DNA from: Cenococcum geophilum
Taxonomy: Eukaryota
Assembly (NCBI GenBank): GCA_050273025.1
Contig: CP158635.1
Coordinates: forward strand, 22,444,001 to 22,508,000
DNA: 64,000 nt
Direction: 5' to 3'
Shown here: piece by piece, positions 50,723 through 64,000 of the stretch
Position numbering within the stretch: the first letter of the stretch is position 1
Layout of the letters: every line of letters starts with the position of its first letter
Position numbers and translations under genes: made by a program
The notes under the pieces: model-generated
Told to the model about the DNA's origin: nothing
What the model saw: only the letters and a program-made list of their open reading frames with translations
Database searches by the model: none

Positions 50723-53700
50723 ATAGGATACTCTATATAAGTTCTAATCGGATAATTTAGAAGGTATGGCCAAACTATATAGCTACCAATTTAGAAACAT
50801 TGTCTATGCTAATCTTATTAGATATTTTTTAAAATATAGGTAAAATAACCACTTACTCTTTCGGGCTAATAGGTTTTTAAAGCGCTTTATAGTTTAGGGA
50901 TATTTTAAATAACTATAACCAGGGCTTAGTGTCCTTATTACCTAGGAATAGAAGAAGTAAACTAGGGTTTAGAAAGCTTGTTCCTTAAAGGACTTAAGTA
51001 ATTCTATAGCCCTACTTAATATACTTATTGACTTTTTTACGTATTTCCCCATCCTCATCCTTTACTACGTGCCGCTTAACTATTACAGCCTTAACAATGT
51101 TTAATGCCTTCCTAGCCATTTTATTAGGGTCGAGAAAATATCTATACTTAGCTTTAATAAGATTAATACTTAAAGTAGGAGGAAGCGAACTTAGACCTCT
51201 CTTATACGTTTCTGTTTTTTTATAAGTAAGTTGTTTTTATTTCTTGGTTTAACTCTACGCTTTTATTTTAGCTAGCTTACATACTTCGCATTTAAAGCTT
51301 TAGTAATAATAGAATTTTGTATATCAGCTCCTGGTAGTTAAGAGGTAGCTTAAGGTCTCTTATCCTTTTAGGAAATCGTATATAAAGGAAATTTTCTAAA
51401 TATTAACTTGTTTTAACGGAGTTAAACTAGGCTAACTACCCTATAGAGAATATTTAAGACGTTTTAATATATTTAAAGAACCTACTTTATAAATATATTA
51501 TAGGGCTTACAAACAAATTTTAAGGGAAAGGTCGTGCGGTCTGCGCATAAATACTTTAAAAATAATTTTACCATCTAGACTAGCGGCAAAAGTAGCAGAT
51601 ATAACTGCCTGTGTATATAACGACTCTTTAGTAGCGTTTAGGAATTCAGCTGCTATAATAAGCTAATAGCAGTCTTGCTGCGCATATTTCTCTATATATT
51701 ATTTATATATCTAAATAGGCGGGCCACCTTACACTAGTAATTATCCGCACTATTATTCTTTATCCTCTTCTTAGGGCTAGAGAGGTAAATACCTATCTAT
51801 TATACTACAGCGTCCGTTTATAGCATGACCTTATATTACTTAACTAACGCTTTTAGATAACGCAATCGTAACTCTTAAGGCTATATATTTTATAGTGGCG
51901 TCCTAATAATAAGATTCTTAGCGCGGAGAATGGCATATACGCTATAATTAGTCCTATTTACTTTAATACCATCTAAATAGAGCTTAATTTAATTAGCAGA
52001 TCTATAGAGCTAGGGGTGTAACTACTTATAGAGATTCCGCTATAAGACCATTTTTTATACAATTATTATAGGCCCTTATTAACTATATGTCTAAGATTAT
52101 CCACCCAAATATTATTAATTAGGCGGCGTCCATTACAGGTCGTTATATACTTTTTATTAATATTAGCAATAATTATTATAAAATGATCTAGATCCCTTAC
52201 CCTTAATATATCCTAGTTAATGCAATAGGGGATTACTAGGAAGTTAGGCTTTGGTATATTAAATTATAGGGTTATATCTTAATAGCTATTTTCTACGAGA
52301 TCTCCCTCGATTTTAAAGACTTAGATAGATTTAGGAAGTAACTTATAAAGAATCCTATAAATAAGCCTTCCTATAAGCCACAAATCTATACTAGATAATA
52401 GTAGCATAGGATTTAGTAAATCTTTAATATCTTTTAAAGTCTAGTATATTCCTACTCTTTTCTATAGGAGATAAAAATCCAGGCCTACGCGACAGGCTAT
52501 ATTAATATAGCGGTTAAACTTATTATAAGAATTTCTTAGGATCTCTGTCGTAGGTCTAACAGGCAGTGTTATATAATCTTTGTTAACTTCGTTATCTTTA
52601 TCTTCGTCTTTATCATCGTTATTTGTCATCATAGTGTCACCGTTGTTGTTTATCACCGTAGTATTATATCCATTTCCATCGTTATTTATTATTATAGTGT
52701 TATATTCATCTCCGTTATTGTTTTTTCTTATAGTATTAGGTTTAATATATAAAAAAAGTTTAGTAAAGAATCTCTCTAGGTTGTTAAAAGAACTATTTAT
52801 ATTATAGTCTAGACAATTTTTACTTAGCCCTTCTAGTGCCGTTAGACCCATTTCCTCCGATTTAAAAAAAGGACTTAAACTATTTCCTTATTCCAAATCT
52901 ATACTATCTAAGCTATTAGTAAGTAACGGTATATTAAACAATACATCCTATAAATACAGCTTAGTTATATTTATAATATTAGCAGGCAAGAGGGCCTTTA
53001 TTATTTAGTAAGTTATATTAGCAAACGGCGGTGTCTAGTTAAACTTAGATTTATTTTTACTAAACTCTTCCTCCCCTTCTCCTCCTCCCTCTTCCTCTTC
53101 CTCTTCCTCTTCCTCTCTTTGTTCTACGGCTTCTCTCTCTAATACTATTTCTTTAGTTCTTCCCTTCTATATAGACGTTGCTTTTCTAGTTATCTTAAGT
53201 CTTACTAAGGGATTTAGCCGCTCTTCGATTATATTTACCTATAGTTTAAGCGCGCTTTATAACCTTTTTAGGGTATTAATATTATAGGCTTAGTCCTCGT
53301 TTACCCAGCTTAGTAAATATTCTTATATAAGATATAGGGCTATACCAATATTATTTCTAGTATATTGTTACGTTATAGGCATATTAAACGTAGAGAGGAA
53401 AAGCGATTTAATAATAGCGCCGTTTACTTATAATAAGTATAACTAGCGCCTATTTAAGGTTAGCGTAAGTATAATAAAATATTTCTCGCAGTTTATTGCT
53501 CGCGCTTATCTATAGTTAGGACTTATATTTCGCAATTTTTTATAGGCACTATTTTTATAATATAGCCATTTTTTAGAGTCCTTAAAAATGTAAGGGCATA
53601 AAATATTATAGGTAACTTAATACTATTTCTAAAACTAATATAACCTAGTTTCGTTAAGAGGATCTAACCGTTAAGATAATTAAGTCAACCCTAAGTTCGG

Positions 53701-53739
53701 CACCCACTATCGCTGCTACCCTTACTATATTAATGGGAA

Positions 53740-56055
53740 AGGCTAAGCAGTTATATAGTATTTCTCTAAGTTCTTTCCTCGCTTCTCTAACTACTAAAAT
53801 AGTTATTTTTGGGCTTAAGACAATTCTATTCTTTATTCTCTAAAGAAAACTTCTTACTATTTAGTACATACTCTAGCTACCAATTTTTATGCTATACTAA
53901 AATTTGTTTCCTAATACGCTAAATAAGCGCTAGGTTTATAATACGGAATTCGCTTTTTATATACTATCTTAGTTCTAGTTACTAATCTATCCTCTTAACC
54001 TAAACCGTATATTAAACCTCGATATATACTTCTTTCTTTAATATCTCCGTATACTACTAAAGATATTTAGACTTATTACTCTAGTTATTCTACTAATCCT
54101 TATCCCTTTAGACCTCCTCTAGGGAAGGGGCGCTAGTAATGGTATAAACGGTCTTAATAGGCTAAGTTAGGCTAATATTGGGTTGTCTTATATAGACCGT
54201 TATTAGGTACACTTAATTCTAGGTATAGGTATTATAGTATACATTTGCTTTATAATATAGACTAAGCTTTAGAAATATATTAAGGTTCGGCAAAATAACT
54301 GGCATATTCTTTTAACTACTATTCTTATTAACTTAATTTCTAATAAATGGCTTTACCTGGGAAAGCTTAAGTAATAGTTTAGCTTATTTCCTAAAGGTGT
54401 CCGTAATATTAACCTAAATAGAAATTTTACCACGCTTTCTAAAAGCGTAAAAAAGCTTAATAACATTGTAGCAGTACTTAAGGAAGCTAAAATCAGACTA
54501 ATTTGGAAAGTTCTTTAGGCCTATAGTAAAGGAATGCGAAAAGGGCACTATAATAAGACTTACGAGGTAATGTAGGAGGCTTACCTTAATAAGAGCGAAC
54601 GCGAACTTGTTACACTCCCTAAAGGACTCTTTACTTAAATGTTAATACCTTTTCTATAACCTAAGGTTAACGCTATTAATTACTATAGGGAAGAGTATAG
54701 ACGCCTAAATTCTGAGATTAAATCCGCTAAGAAGATACCTAAAAAATTTCCCGCTCTAAACTTAGCTTTTATTAAATTTAATATGCAAATAGTGGTGTAA
54801 ATAGTATGCCAAACAGTATTATATAAAACCACCGACTATATAAGGCCTTGGAACCTTTAGATATTACCTAAAGACATTCTATAAAATAATATTTCCATTA
54901 GCTAGTAGGAAAACTTCTTCCGCATAGTGATTTTAAATACTACTATTATGGCGCTAATAATCCTCTGTGTGGTTCCTGTTACTTTTACTAGCCTTCTCTC
55001 TTAAATTATTTATTTAACTTACGCTATCTTATAGCTTAGCTAGGTTAATAAACTGCTAGACTAGTTACTTAGGCTTATATAGGGTGTTTTGCCACCTATA
55101 ATACTATCTACATTTATAGCTTTATTCTCCTTTAGCTTATAGTACCTTGTATAAAAACAAAGGATCCACTCTAAGGTTGCGGTAGAACTTTTAATACAAG
55201 ATTATTATTTTTCCTTTCTCTTCCTTTAAATCACTCTTATAGTTTCTCTCTCTGCGGGTTTAACTATAATTTTTAATAAAGTTAGGGGGACGTAGTATTA
55301 TTACTAGCTATGCTTATAAAAAGCTTTCCTAAGGCTAGCAATTACTTCTTATCTTACGTACTATTACAGTTATTATTAGTTAGTACTAGCGTACTTCTCT
55401 AAATTAGTACACTAGTTAACCGGCTAATATTATTACCACTACTAGATTATACAGTTACTTAAAAGCTAGCGAGGAAAACGGATATTATGCCAATTTAGTG
55501 GGGCGTTTTTGTCCCTATCTATACAAACCTGTTTTATATTAGTAAGGTTTAATTCCTTCTCTCTGAAAATCGGCAGCTAACCTACTAGGCCTTATATACT
55601 CAATTATCTCTCCGTTAATCTCGCTCCTATAAGTTATTACTTTTACTATTTTCTAGTTAGTCTATTGGTATAATATGCTATATATCGTCCGTACAAATAT
55701 TAATAGTAGTAGCCTCTTCTACTTAAAGGCCATTAAGTAGCTTTTAGCCGGGCTATATCTTATAGAAGCTGGCCTATTCGGCCTCTTTACACTTATCCGA
55801 GATTTGCAAGACAAAGCTATATATATTTGTTAAGCCGTCGTTATAGGAGTTATGGGAATACTTATAGTTATATATTACTACCTTCTATATAGAGCGTTTA
55901 ACCCACTATTATCCTTTTTACTAACATCTCTAGATATTCCCACGAGAAAAAATCGCGACTTCGGGCCTTTTAAGTATAAAGCTCTAAGTGGTAATGTACT
56001 AGTTGTTAGACTACTAAAGAACAAGTTAAGATTAAGTAAAGACAAAATCAATTAA
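53740..56055 (+). pseudogene. OSCA/CSC1 (DUF221, TMEM63-like) calcium-permeable channel relic
   Basis: De-RIP: IDYY......LNSEI, P.LNSAFI.FN.Q..AQ..CQ, PEDILWNN.SI.WW, CVVPVAFTGLLSQI.YL...SWLSW, QGVLPP, YF.FLF.QI.LVVSLS.G, ASNYFLSY.LLQ. Confidence 0.88.
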
Positions 56056-59000
56056 ACTAGGTTAGTATATAAAACTTTAGACATTAGCAATAAAGAAGCT
56101 ATAATTAATTTAAATAGTAGAATAGAATGTATAACTTAAGCAAATATTAATAAGCTCGGCCGATAGATAGCTAGTTAGCCACCTTCTTCTAAAGGGGAGG
56201 GGGATTCTAAAGGCCTGCATTTTTGTAGTTTTTTATAAGAGTATATAAATTAAAACCAATTCTTCTATTTTTATAAAGTATTATAAAATAGATATAAGAA
56301 CAAAAGGCAGGCATTAAGAGACTTTTAACGATTATTATATTAGAGAGCCTTTACGACAAAGCCTAGGACTAGGTAAAGAAATCAATTCTTATAGTAGAGA
56401 GAAAGCTAATAGGAAGGTAGCAAACTTAGGAAATTGCTTACGCCCTCCTTATATAGTGCTTACGGTAGCCTCTAACTACCTAGCGGGAGAACTTACCTAC
56501 TATTTATTAGTGGCAGATAAATACGCCAAGCGTAATAATATATAGTTTAGTATACGAATATATCTCTAACTTGTGCGATACTATTTAAGGTAGAGGTATA
56601 TATAATAAGGTACAAACTAACGTTTGCTAATAAACTAAAGTAAGTAAATTAAAATTTATAATTAACTCTACCTAGCTCTAACTCCTTATATTTAGTCTAT
56701 TTAGAGCTATAAACTAGCGCTTTTAGTAGGAAAATAACTTAAAATAGTTGGACTTGCTTAATAATTAGCTTATCCACTTTATGGCTAAGTATAGTTAGGT
56801 TTCTACTGGGTTTTAGTACTAGATAAAGGTAGTAAATAGCATAAGGTAAGAGAGAATAGGTAGACCTTAGAATTAGAAGGAAGTTAAATATTTTCGCGAG
56901 ATAAGAAGTCCCTAGTTATTATAAAGTTATTTCCTGCTATTATAATAGGCTAAATAATATACCTTAACCTTTCCCCGTACTTACTTACATGGGTATAACT
57001 CTAAATAATAACGCTTGCATTTATATACAATATCCCGCTTAATATTAGCGATAAGCCCCTTAATTAATAATAAATATTTATTAGTATCTCGGGTCCTTAT
57101 AAACCGCCTAAGATTTACCTTTATAAAACTTAAAAGCTAATCTAGTATCGTTAGTAACTAAACAGTAGATACCTCGTTAGTAATATTAGGCGATTTTACA
57201 ATATAATAAATATTTCGTAAAATATTATCTATTTTATACTTGTCCTAAAGCTGCCCTCTATCTATAATATAGTCTTCTATAGTTATTAGCGTATAAATAA
57301 TAATTTTTCCTATAAGCATTATAATAGTATAGCCTAGTTCTAGGTAGGCTGCTTTAAGGATTTTACGCTAAGGGATTTATCTATCTTTATATTCCTTAAA
57401 GCTCTTTAAATCTTATTCTAATAGATCTTAAGCAAATAGCTATAATTTGCTACTTATTAGACAGTAAACAAAAGTACTATTTAGCGCGTCTATATATAGC
57501 CCAGAGACTGTCCCTCTTTATATATATAGTGTAAATATATAGTAAGATATAATGTTAATAAATCTAAGAGGGGCAGTTCTCCTTTTTCTACCTTTAGAAG
57601 ACTCTACTATAATTTATAAGTTAAATATTAAGACTACTTAGAATTGTTATCACCCTAGTATCTTAGGTGTTAGTTCCTCTAAAATATTTACTAGATTTAG
57701 TAAATTCTATAATAGATCTTTATTAGTTAGAGTAAAGCTACGTCCCTATAATAATAATAGCTTTTCTTTAATACGCAAAGCGGTTTCTTTCCTAGCTAAG
57801 GAACTTTTATTTACTTCCCACGCGTATAGCTAGATATTAATATACTTAATATCGCTGTGCTGGTCTGCTAGCCGCTAGAAAAATTTCTCCTTTGTCTCTT
57901 TTATATTTAGGCTTATATTAGTAATAACAATCACCTTTAATAAGCTGTAAGGGTTATTTTGGCCCTTACTCGGCTGCATCGCCTAGGAGCTCTAAGGGGT
58001 AGCCAAGCCCTAGCCGAAGGCTAGGCTTGGCACCTCCTTATAAGCTCCTCAGGCTTGCAGCCCTTTCCCTCCTCATCGGTTCGTCTCTCTCCGTGCGAGG
58101 CTATTGCCTACCCTCATTACCATATCGTCCTCTTCCATCGACTCCCTATGTGACTCATGCTCGGCTTGCCTGCTCCCTACCGTACACCCTGGCAATACTG
58201 CCTCACATAAGCTCTCCTTTATATTAAGTATAGTGTCTAAATCTTCCCAGGTTACATACTATATATCTATATCATCCTACGTTAATAAGCAGAGAACGTA
58301 AGTTCTCTTTTTATGTTTTCTATGGTTACTTATTATAAGTATTATTTTATACTACGCTACCTAATAGTAAGAATCCTAGGCACCGTAGCGTTTATAGCGC
58401 CAGAATATCATTATATAGTAGGTGTTGGATATATAGCTTAAGCTTAAAAGGTAGTAAATTTAGAGCTTTAAGGTAGAGGTAGAGACAGAGGTAGTAGAAG
58501 AGGTAGAGGTAGAGGTAGTAAATCTTAGGGCTTAGGTTTAGATGCGCTTAAAATAGAGGATATAGATAATATAGAAGTAGATAATACTTATAAATAATAG
58601 CAGTTTATAGTAAAAGAAGCTATTTGCCGGTGGACGACACTGCTTAAAGGTGGACGACACTATAAGGTATAGCGAAATCCACGTAACAAACACTAAATAT
58701 CTCGACTAACCTTTAACACTTTTTACAAATGTCTTTCGTCCAAACGTACTTTGGTATATCTTCTATAGCAAGTCAGCCCTATAGCCTTTTTATATTTACA
58801 TACATCTTTTAAAGCGGCGCCGACGATATTTATATATAATAGTATATCTCTTTTCTAAAAATTTACCCATATCTGCTGCCCATTAGTGGCTTTGGTTTAC
58901 TTACTATAATATACTAGTAGTATAACCCGCCGTATTTATTAGCCTAATATCCCATCTTAATCCAACACATCTCTACTTAATATTTATTTATCTTTATTTA

Positions 59001-61689
59001 TCTTTAGGGCCGTCTAGAGGAAGACAGTAGCCTATTTTATCTTAAAATATTTAATAAATTGGCCCTAGTAGGAAAGGCTTAAAAGCGATATTATATATCT
59101 TTTTCTCGTTAAACGGTTCTAATAAGACGCTCTAAATAGATATAAGCTAGAGACTTAGGGGTAAAAACAGCTACGCGAGAGTAACTAATCGTTATTAATT
59201 AGTTTTCATTACGGCCAACGTGAATTAAAAGCTTAAAGAATGCCTAACTAGCGATATTATAAACTGAACAGCAGCTACTAATAGCTTGGTTTAATAAGCA
59301 GTATCTATAACTTTACCCGCAGGTAGAAGGTTTCTAAAATAGTCTAAAATATTTAGGAATTAAGAAGTTAGCGGTTCGGTAATATAGTAATAACGGCTAA
59401 AAGTTGTTATAAAATGCAATTATCGCTTAAAACCTTTTATAAGTTTTAAATATAAAGCTAAGGCTATATATAGCGGTGACCTAATAACCATAAATAAAGA
59501 CTTATAATAAATTCTTGCCGGCTAAAAGCTGTTCTAGGAAGGAAGTCCAATCCTAGCAGTTATAATACACTAGGAGTTTAAACGGATAGTTAGAGTACCT
59601 TTATTTATATCCTATATTTATAATACTAGGTAGGGACCTTAATAGGGGAGCGTAGGCCTATTAGAAGGTCTTTATAGGCGAGCTAATAAAATAGGCTAGT
59701 AGATAGACGGAACCGGAGATCCACTTAGCCAATTAGAAATAATATCTTTTTAGGCATTATATAATATAATAATGCTATTCTATATAAATCTTTACATAAC
59801 GAGTCTCCTCCGCTCGTCGCTCTCGCGCTTTTACCTCTGCCTTCTCTTCTACACAACGCTGTTTAATGCACGGCCCGTTTTAACGCCGCGCCTTTAAATA
59901 CGATATTATTAAAATACTAATCGTGTTTAAGAATCAATCTAACACTTTATATAGCCTTCTTTGCTCTAGCTAAGAAGGATAAGAAATAATATTATAAGTA
60001 TATTCACTAACCCAGTTAAGTACTAAATATTTAGATATAATAACTAAGAAAAAACTATAGTCTAAAAAAGGCAATAAAGACTCCATATGCGATTCCACGC
60101 TCTTTCCATATAATGTTCCCTCTTTAGTGACTAATATTCTCTCTCTAGCTTCTTCAGTCTCTTATCTTCATTATCTTCGTCTTTATTATTATCTTTATTA
60201 TCTTTATCTTTACTCCACTTATAGTACTTCTTCTTACAATTATCGCGATCAGCCCTACGGATATAGGTTTGAGATTTATTAGGATATTTATAGACGGGTA
60301 GATAGGGTTCTATATACCTCTTAGTACTTATCTTATTAATTAGCGTTAACAAGGTTATATACTTTAAAGATTTTCTTTAGTTCTAGCAATCTTTATATTT
60401 TTTATATAAATAAGAGTGGTCACTTCTACTTTAGTTAGAGAGAAATATTAAGGTCTTTGTCGTGGACAAGAAATAGTAGATTAATAAAAACTAAGTTAAT
60501 CTAAAATATAATAACTCGGAGAGACTTTAGGACTAAGTTTTATATCTATTCTTTTTACACAGCCTTCTATAATTTCGCGATTAAATACTTCTAGTTGTAT
60601 TTATAGACTGCGTAGAGATATCCCTCTATTTCTGTCGATTTAGGTTAAATTTTACTAATTACCCTATCCTTATTCCAGTTGCCTATCACCCTATAACTTA
60701 CACTGTTTCTATTACCTATACCCTACCCCCCTATTATTTCTTTTCTTTATAGTTTAAATAGATAGAGCCTTCCTCATCTTCTTCTAATCTGCATTAGATC
60801 GACAATTTCCTATCTGCTAAGCTCTAAAAAGAACAAGAAGTTAATTTAGCGTAATAATTTAGCCTCAGTGCCGCCTTCTATTAAAATCGATTATTATATC
60901 TTTAGAAACCGTTCCTTATAACGCTAATAGCTTTACACTTTTAAAAAGTACCAACTAGCTATATCTTAGGACAATCCTCCCTAGTAGAGGTATAGCCATT
61001 CTTTAGAATAAGGATTACTCATTTAACGGCAATCTAGCCAGTCAACTAGAACGGGTTTTCCTTTACCATCTATTGCTATTAGTGCCGTAGAGTTAAATGT
61101 AGTAATTCGGGTTTTATTCCTATAAGGAACGTTATAAACAATCTTAGACTTTAAGAATAGGCTGGTTCTAGAGCCTTACTATATACACTAGGTAGGTAGC
61201 AAAAGGCTAATAACAATGCTGATAACGATTTGTAATTGTTACTCCATTACTACCCAGTTAATATTGCCACTTAGTTAGTAATAGGTAATAGAAACAGGTC
61301 GACAAGGGAGATATTACTTTACCTATACTATTTATTGACCCAAGGTACGAGTGGTGTCAATCAGTAATCCGTGCACCAATTATAAGAAAAGAAGAACTCG
61401 TATATAGATTAATCTATAAAGAAAAGAGACTATATATATATAAGATGGTACCCCCTATAGGGGTCCCTAGAGAATAGTGAAACTAAATTAAAACTAGGTC
61501 GAGACAAATCTAAAGCTTATATCTAACAGTACCCGTTACGGTCAACAAGTGGTCTATATATTTAGGTCTTAGATTTTAAACCTCCGCTAAGCCAGCTTCT
61601 AATTGGTTAGAAAGCCAGCTTCTTATTAATTAGAAAAAAAGTTACGTATAGTAAGTTGTGGCAGAATCCACGTAACGAATATTAAAATA

Positions 61690-64000
61690 TTATAAACATC
61701 AAAATATCACCTTCCTTTTTATTAACACCTCTATTAATACCACTATATATATTATAAATATAGTAGATCCTACCATAATTAAGTGCAGCAAGTGCTATAT
61801 CTATAAGCCCCGCCTTAACTTTATCAAAGACAGCCCTTTAAAGAAGATTTTAAAGCTATACTAGTTATGTCGGTTAAAGGCGCGTCTTCCCTATATATTA
61901 CTTCTACTTCTGCTTACTTTTCTAGGCCTTTAAATATAGTTTAAATAAGCGGAGAGCTCTTATAGAGTTAGGTTCTACTACTAAAAATCGTCCTATAAGG
62001 CGCTAGCGAACTACTCCACCTAAAAACGATACTAAGAATGCCTTCCTGCCTCACGGCTAGAATAGTTAAGATACCCCTAAAATGGCTTAATAATAGAAGA
62101 TAATTAGGGTAATATAACGGGAGCACCGTATTCTTAATTGGCGGGGTAAAGCTTACTCGCCTATTCCTCCGCTATATACCATAGATAAAGCTCTATATAG
62201 TAGAAGAGGCACTCTAAATAGCCTAAATATATCTTTACTAAAACTAGCTCCTATACCTACTCTACCGCTAATACCTACTCTACCTCTAATACCTACTCTA
62301 CCTCTAATACCTACTCTACCTCTAATACCTACTCTACCTCTAATACCTACTCTACCTCTAATACCTACTCTACCTCTAATACCTACCCTACTACTAATAC
62401 TACCTTTCTTGCGGCAAGCTCCCTTACGGTAAGCTCCCTTATAGTAAGCTCCCTCGCGGTAAGCTCCCTTACGGCAAGCTCTCTTATAGTAAGCTCTAAC
62501 TACGGCCACACTACTACCCGTTTCGGCTGTCAATTAGGAGCGAATTAAGAAGTTTAGGAGTATACTATAGGCTAAATATATAGAGACATATAGTCGTTAT
62601 AAGGAGCAGTGGTTCTAAATGGGCCTAGCTATAGAGGGTAATAATATAGGTATATATAAAGCTTGCATTAAGGACGCCGATAGCCTTAAAGATCTAACCC
62701 TTTCTCTTCTATTTGGTGAAAGCAACGGGCTCAATCTAGGGCCTATCCCTAACTTCCTACCTATACTTACCGTGGTAGAGGAGCTTCTAATTACGCGCGT
62801 ATACGTTTATCTATAAGTCGTGCGTATACGCGGCTAGCAATATCGCTATACTAGCCACATTTACTGCTTTGGCTAGAACACACTAAAGACTTAAAGGTAG
62901 CTACTACGACTACCTACTAAACTCGATATACTGGTCGTAAGGCCTATAGTAGAGGGTAGCAAATACCTAAGTCGACGGTTTACTAAGCGGTATACTATAA
63001 GGCGCTTTACTATAGTACAGTGGCTTTACTTTCTAAAGGTTAATTATTCTAATTATCGCGACGTTAAAATATATAGCACCCGGCTTACTAGCTTACCCAA
63101 AAATAGCTCTATATTAGATTAGCTACCTTATATTAATAAGTTAGAGTCTAATTCTAGTAGCCCAACGGCTTACCCTACTGCTCCTATATAACGTCCTCCT
63201 ACTATTAATCCTCTACCTACTAGACTTGGCAGTAATATACTAGACGGTAAATTTGATAATAATATACTGGATACTTTGGTTCCTAATCTAGTGCCTAACC
63301 TTAATAAATTAGAGCTTTTGGGTCGCGAGGTTTAATACTAATAAGACCTACGAGCGGGCCTAGAGGTTCCTACTATGCGATAGACACCTCTCTCTAAGCG
63401 ATTAGCTAGTTTTATTATGCGTAGCGCCTTTCCTACTCTATTTCCTTATAGTAAAGCCGATTTTAACATGCCACGAAGCCGTATGGTTACCCTAGCTGCG
63501 TACGCCAAGCATATGCTTAAGTATTAGGACGGTCGGTTTAGCCGCCACCCCTTATTTCGCTACTACGTATTTAATCGAATTATAAGAGAGTAAGCCCTTA
63601 ATGCCACCCGCTTCCTTTACGGCCGATTAAATAAGAATAGTTTATCTTTAGATAAGCTTAGTAATCTTATAAATAGTAATAGGGGTAGCCAGTTATTAAA
63701 TAAGATTGTATAGTATATACGGAACCTTAAGGGCACTAAACCTTACTAGAGGCAGAAGAGAAATAAGCTTACAGCTTATACTAAGAATATTAAGAGTGGG
63801 TCTCTATTCTTTATACTTAGCGCTGCTAATCTATATTAGTATAATTTATACTTTTATATACCTCTATTTAATAAATATAAGGCTTAGCGCTACCTGATTA
63901 CTTCTTAAAATCTTAATAATAATCCGCATATTGCTGCTTACTAGCTATATCGCCGCTTTAATCTATTTAGGAAGCACGTGCTTATAGGTCTATTTAATAG
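61690..64000 (+). mobile_element. Helitron-like Rep/helicase relic, N-terminal part, continuing past window end
   Basis: GPIP.FLP.LTVVEELLI.RV...VRG.QYRY.GH..CF (62740-62875), WL.FLK.N...YRDV, AFPTLFPYG.ADFN.PR, H.LKY.DGRF.RHP.FRYYVFN (63425-63580). Confidence 0.85.
62250..62500. repeat. Minisatellites: 18-bp CTAATACCTACTCTACCT (about 7-8 units) then 15-bp GGCAAGCTCCCTTAC (about 5-6 units)
   Basis: Seen directly; unit lengths are multiples of 3, within the Helitron coding region. Confidence 0.9.

Noticed and set aside
50740..53570. Long minus-strand gene-like region with acidic tracts (possible F-box protein)
   Set aside because: Too RIP-degenerated to assign a family by eye.
61381..61528. 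Possible solo LTR ending TCTAACA
   Set aside because: No matching inverted start or TSD could be identified.
62153..62533. GRVGIR-repeat ORF on minus strand
   Set aside because: Antisense reading of minisatellites inside the plus-strand Helitron relic.

Overview
AT-rich, TpA-enriched DNA with the signature of repeat-induced point mutation (RIP), typical of heterochromatin in a filamentous ascomycete. I found no intact protein-coding gene, and most ORF-track entries are repeat artefacts or RIP-broken fragments. Layout: Ty1/Copia relic (1-4960); a palindromic, foldback-like GCAGAGCT satellite complex (5.6-12 kb); a nest of Tad1-like LINEs carrying a self-priming TRIM, a solo LTR and a SINE-like insert (12-29.4 kb); piggyBac (29.4-32.6 kb); hAT with TIRs and 8-bp TSD (33432-35639); RIP-destroyed host-type genes (AA11 LPMO, BTB, CDC48-N, OSCA/CSC1); an ORF1-only retroposon (48670-50722); and a Helitron relic at the right end. 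The main observation is that two non-autonomous retroposon families (5 copies) begin with a sequence that folds as an HDV-like self-cleaving ribozyme once RIP changes are mentally reversed. In the three copies with clear TSDs the fold starts exactly at the TSD boundary. All protein and RNA assignments come from manual motif reading with C>T/G>A reversal; no database search was run.
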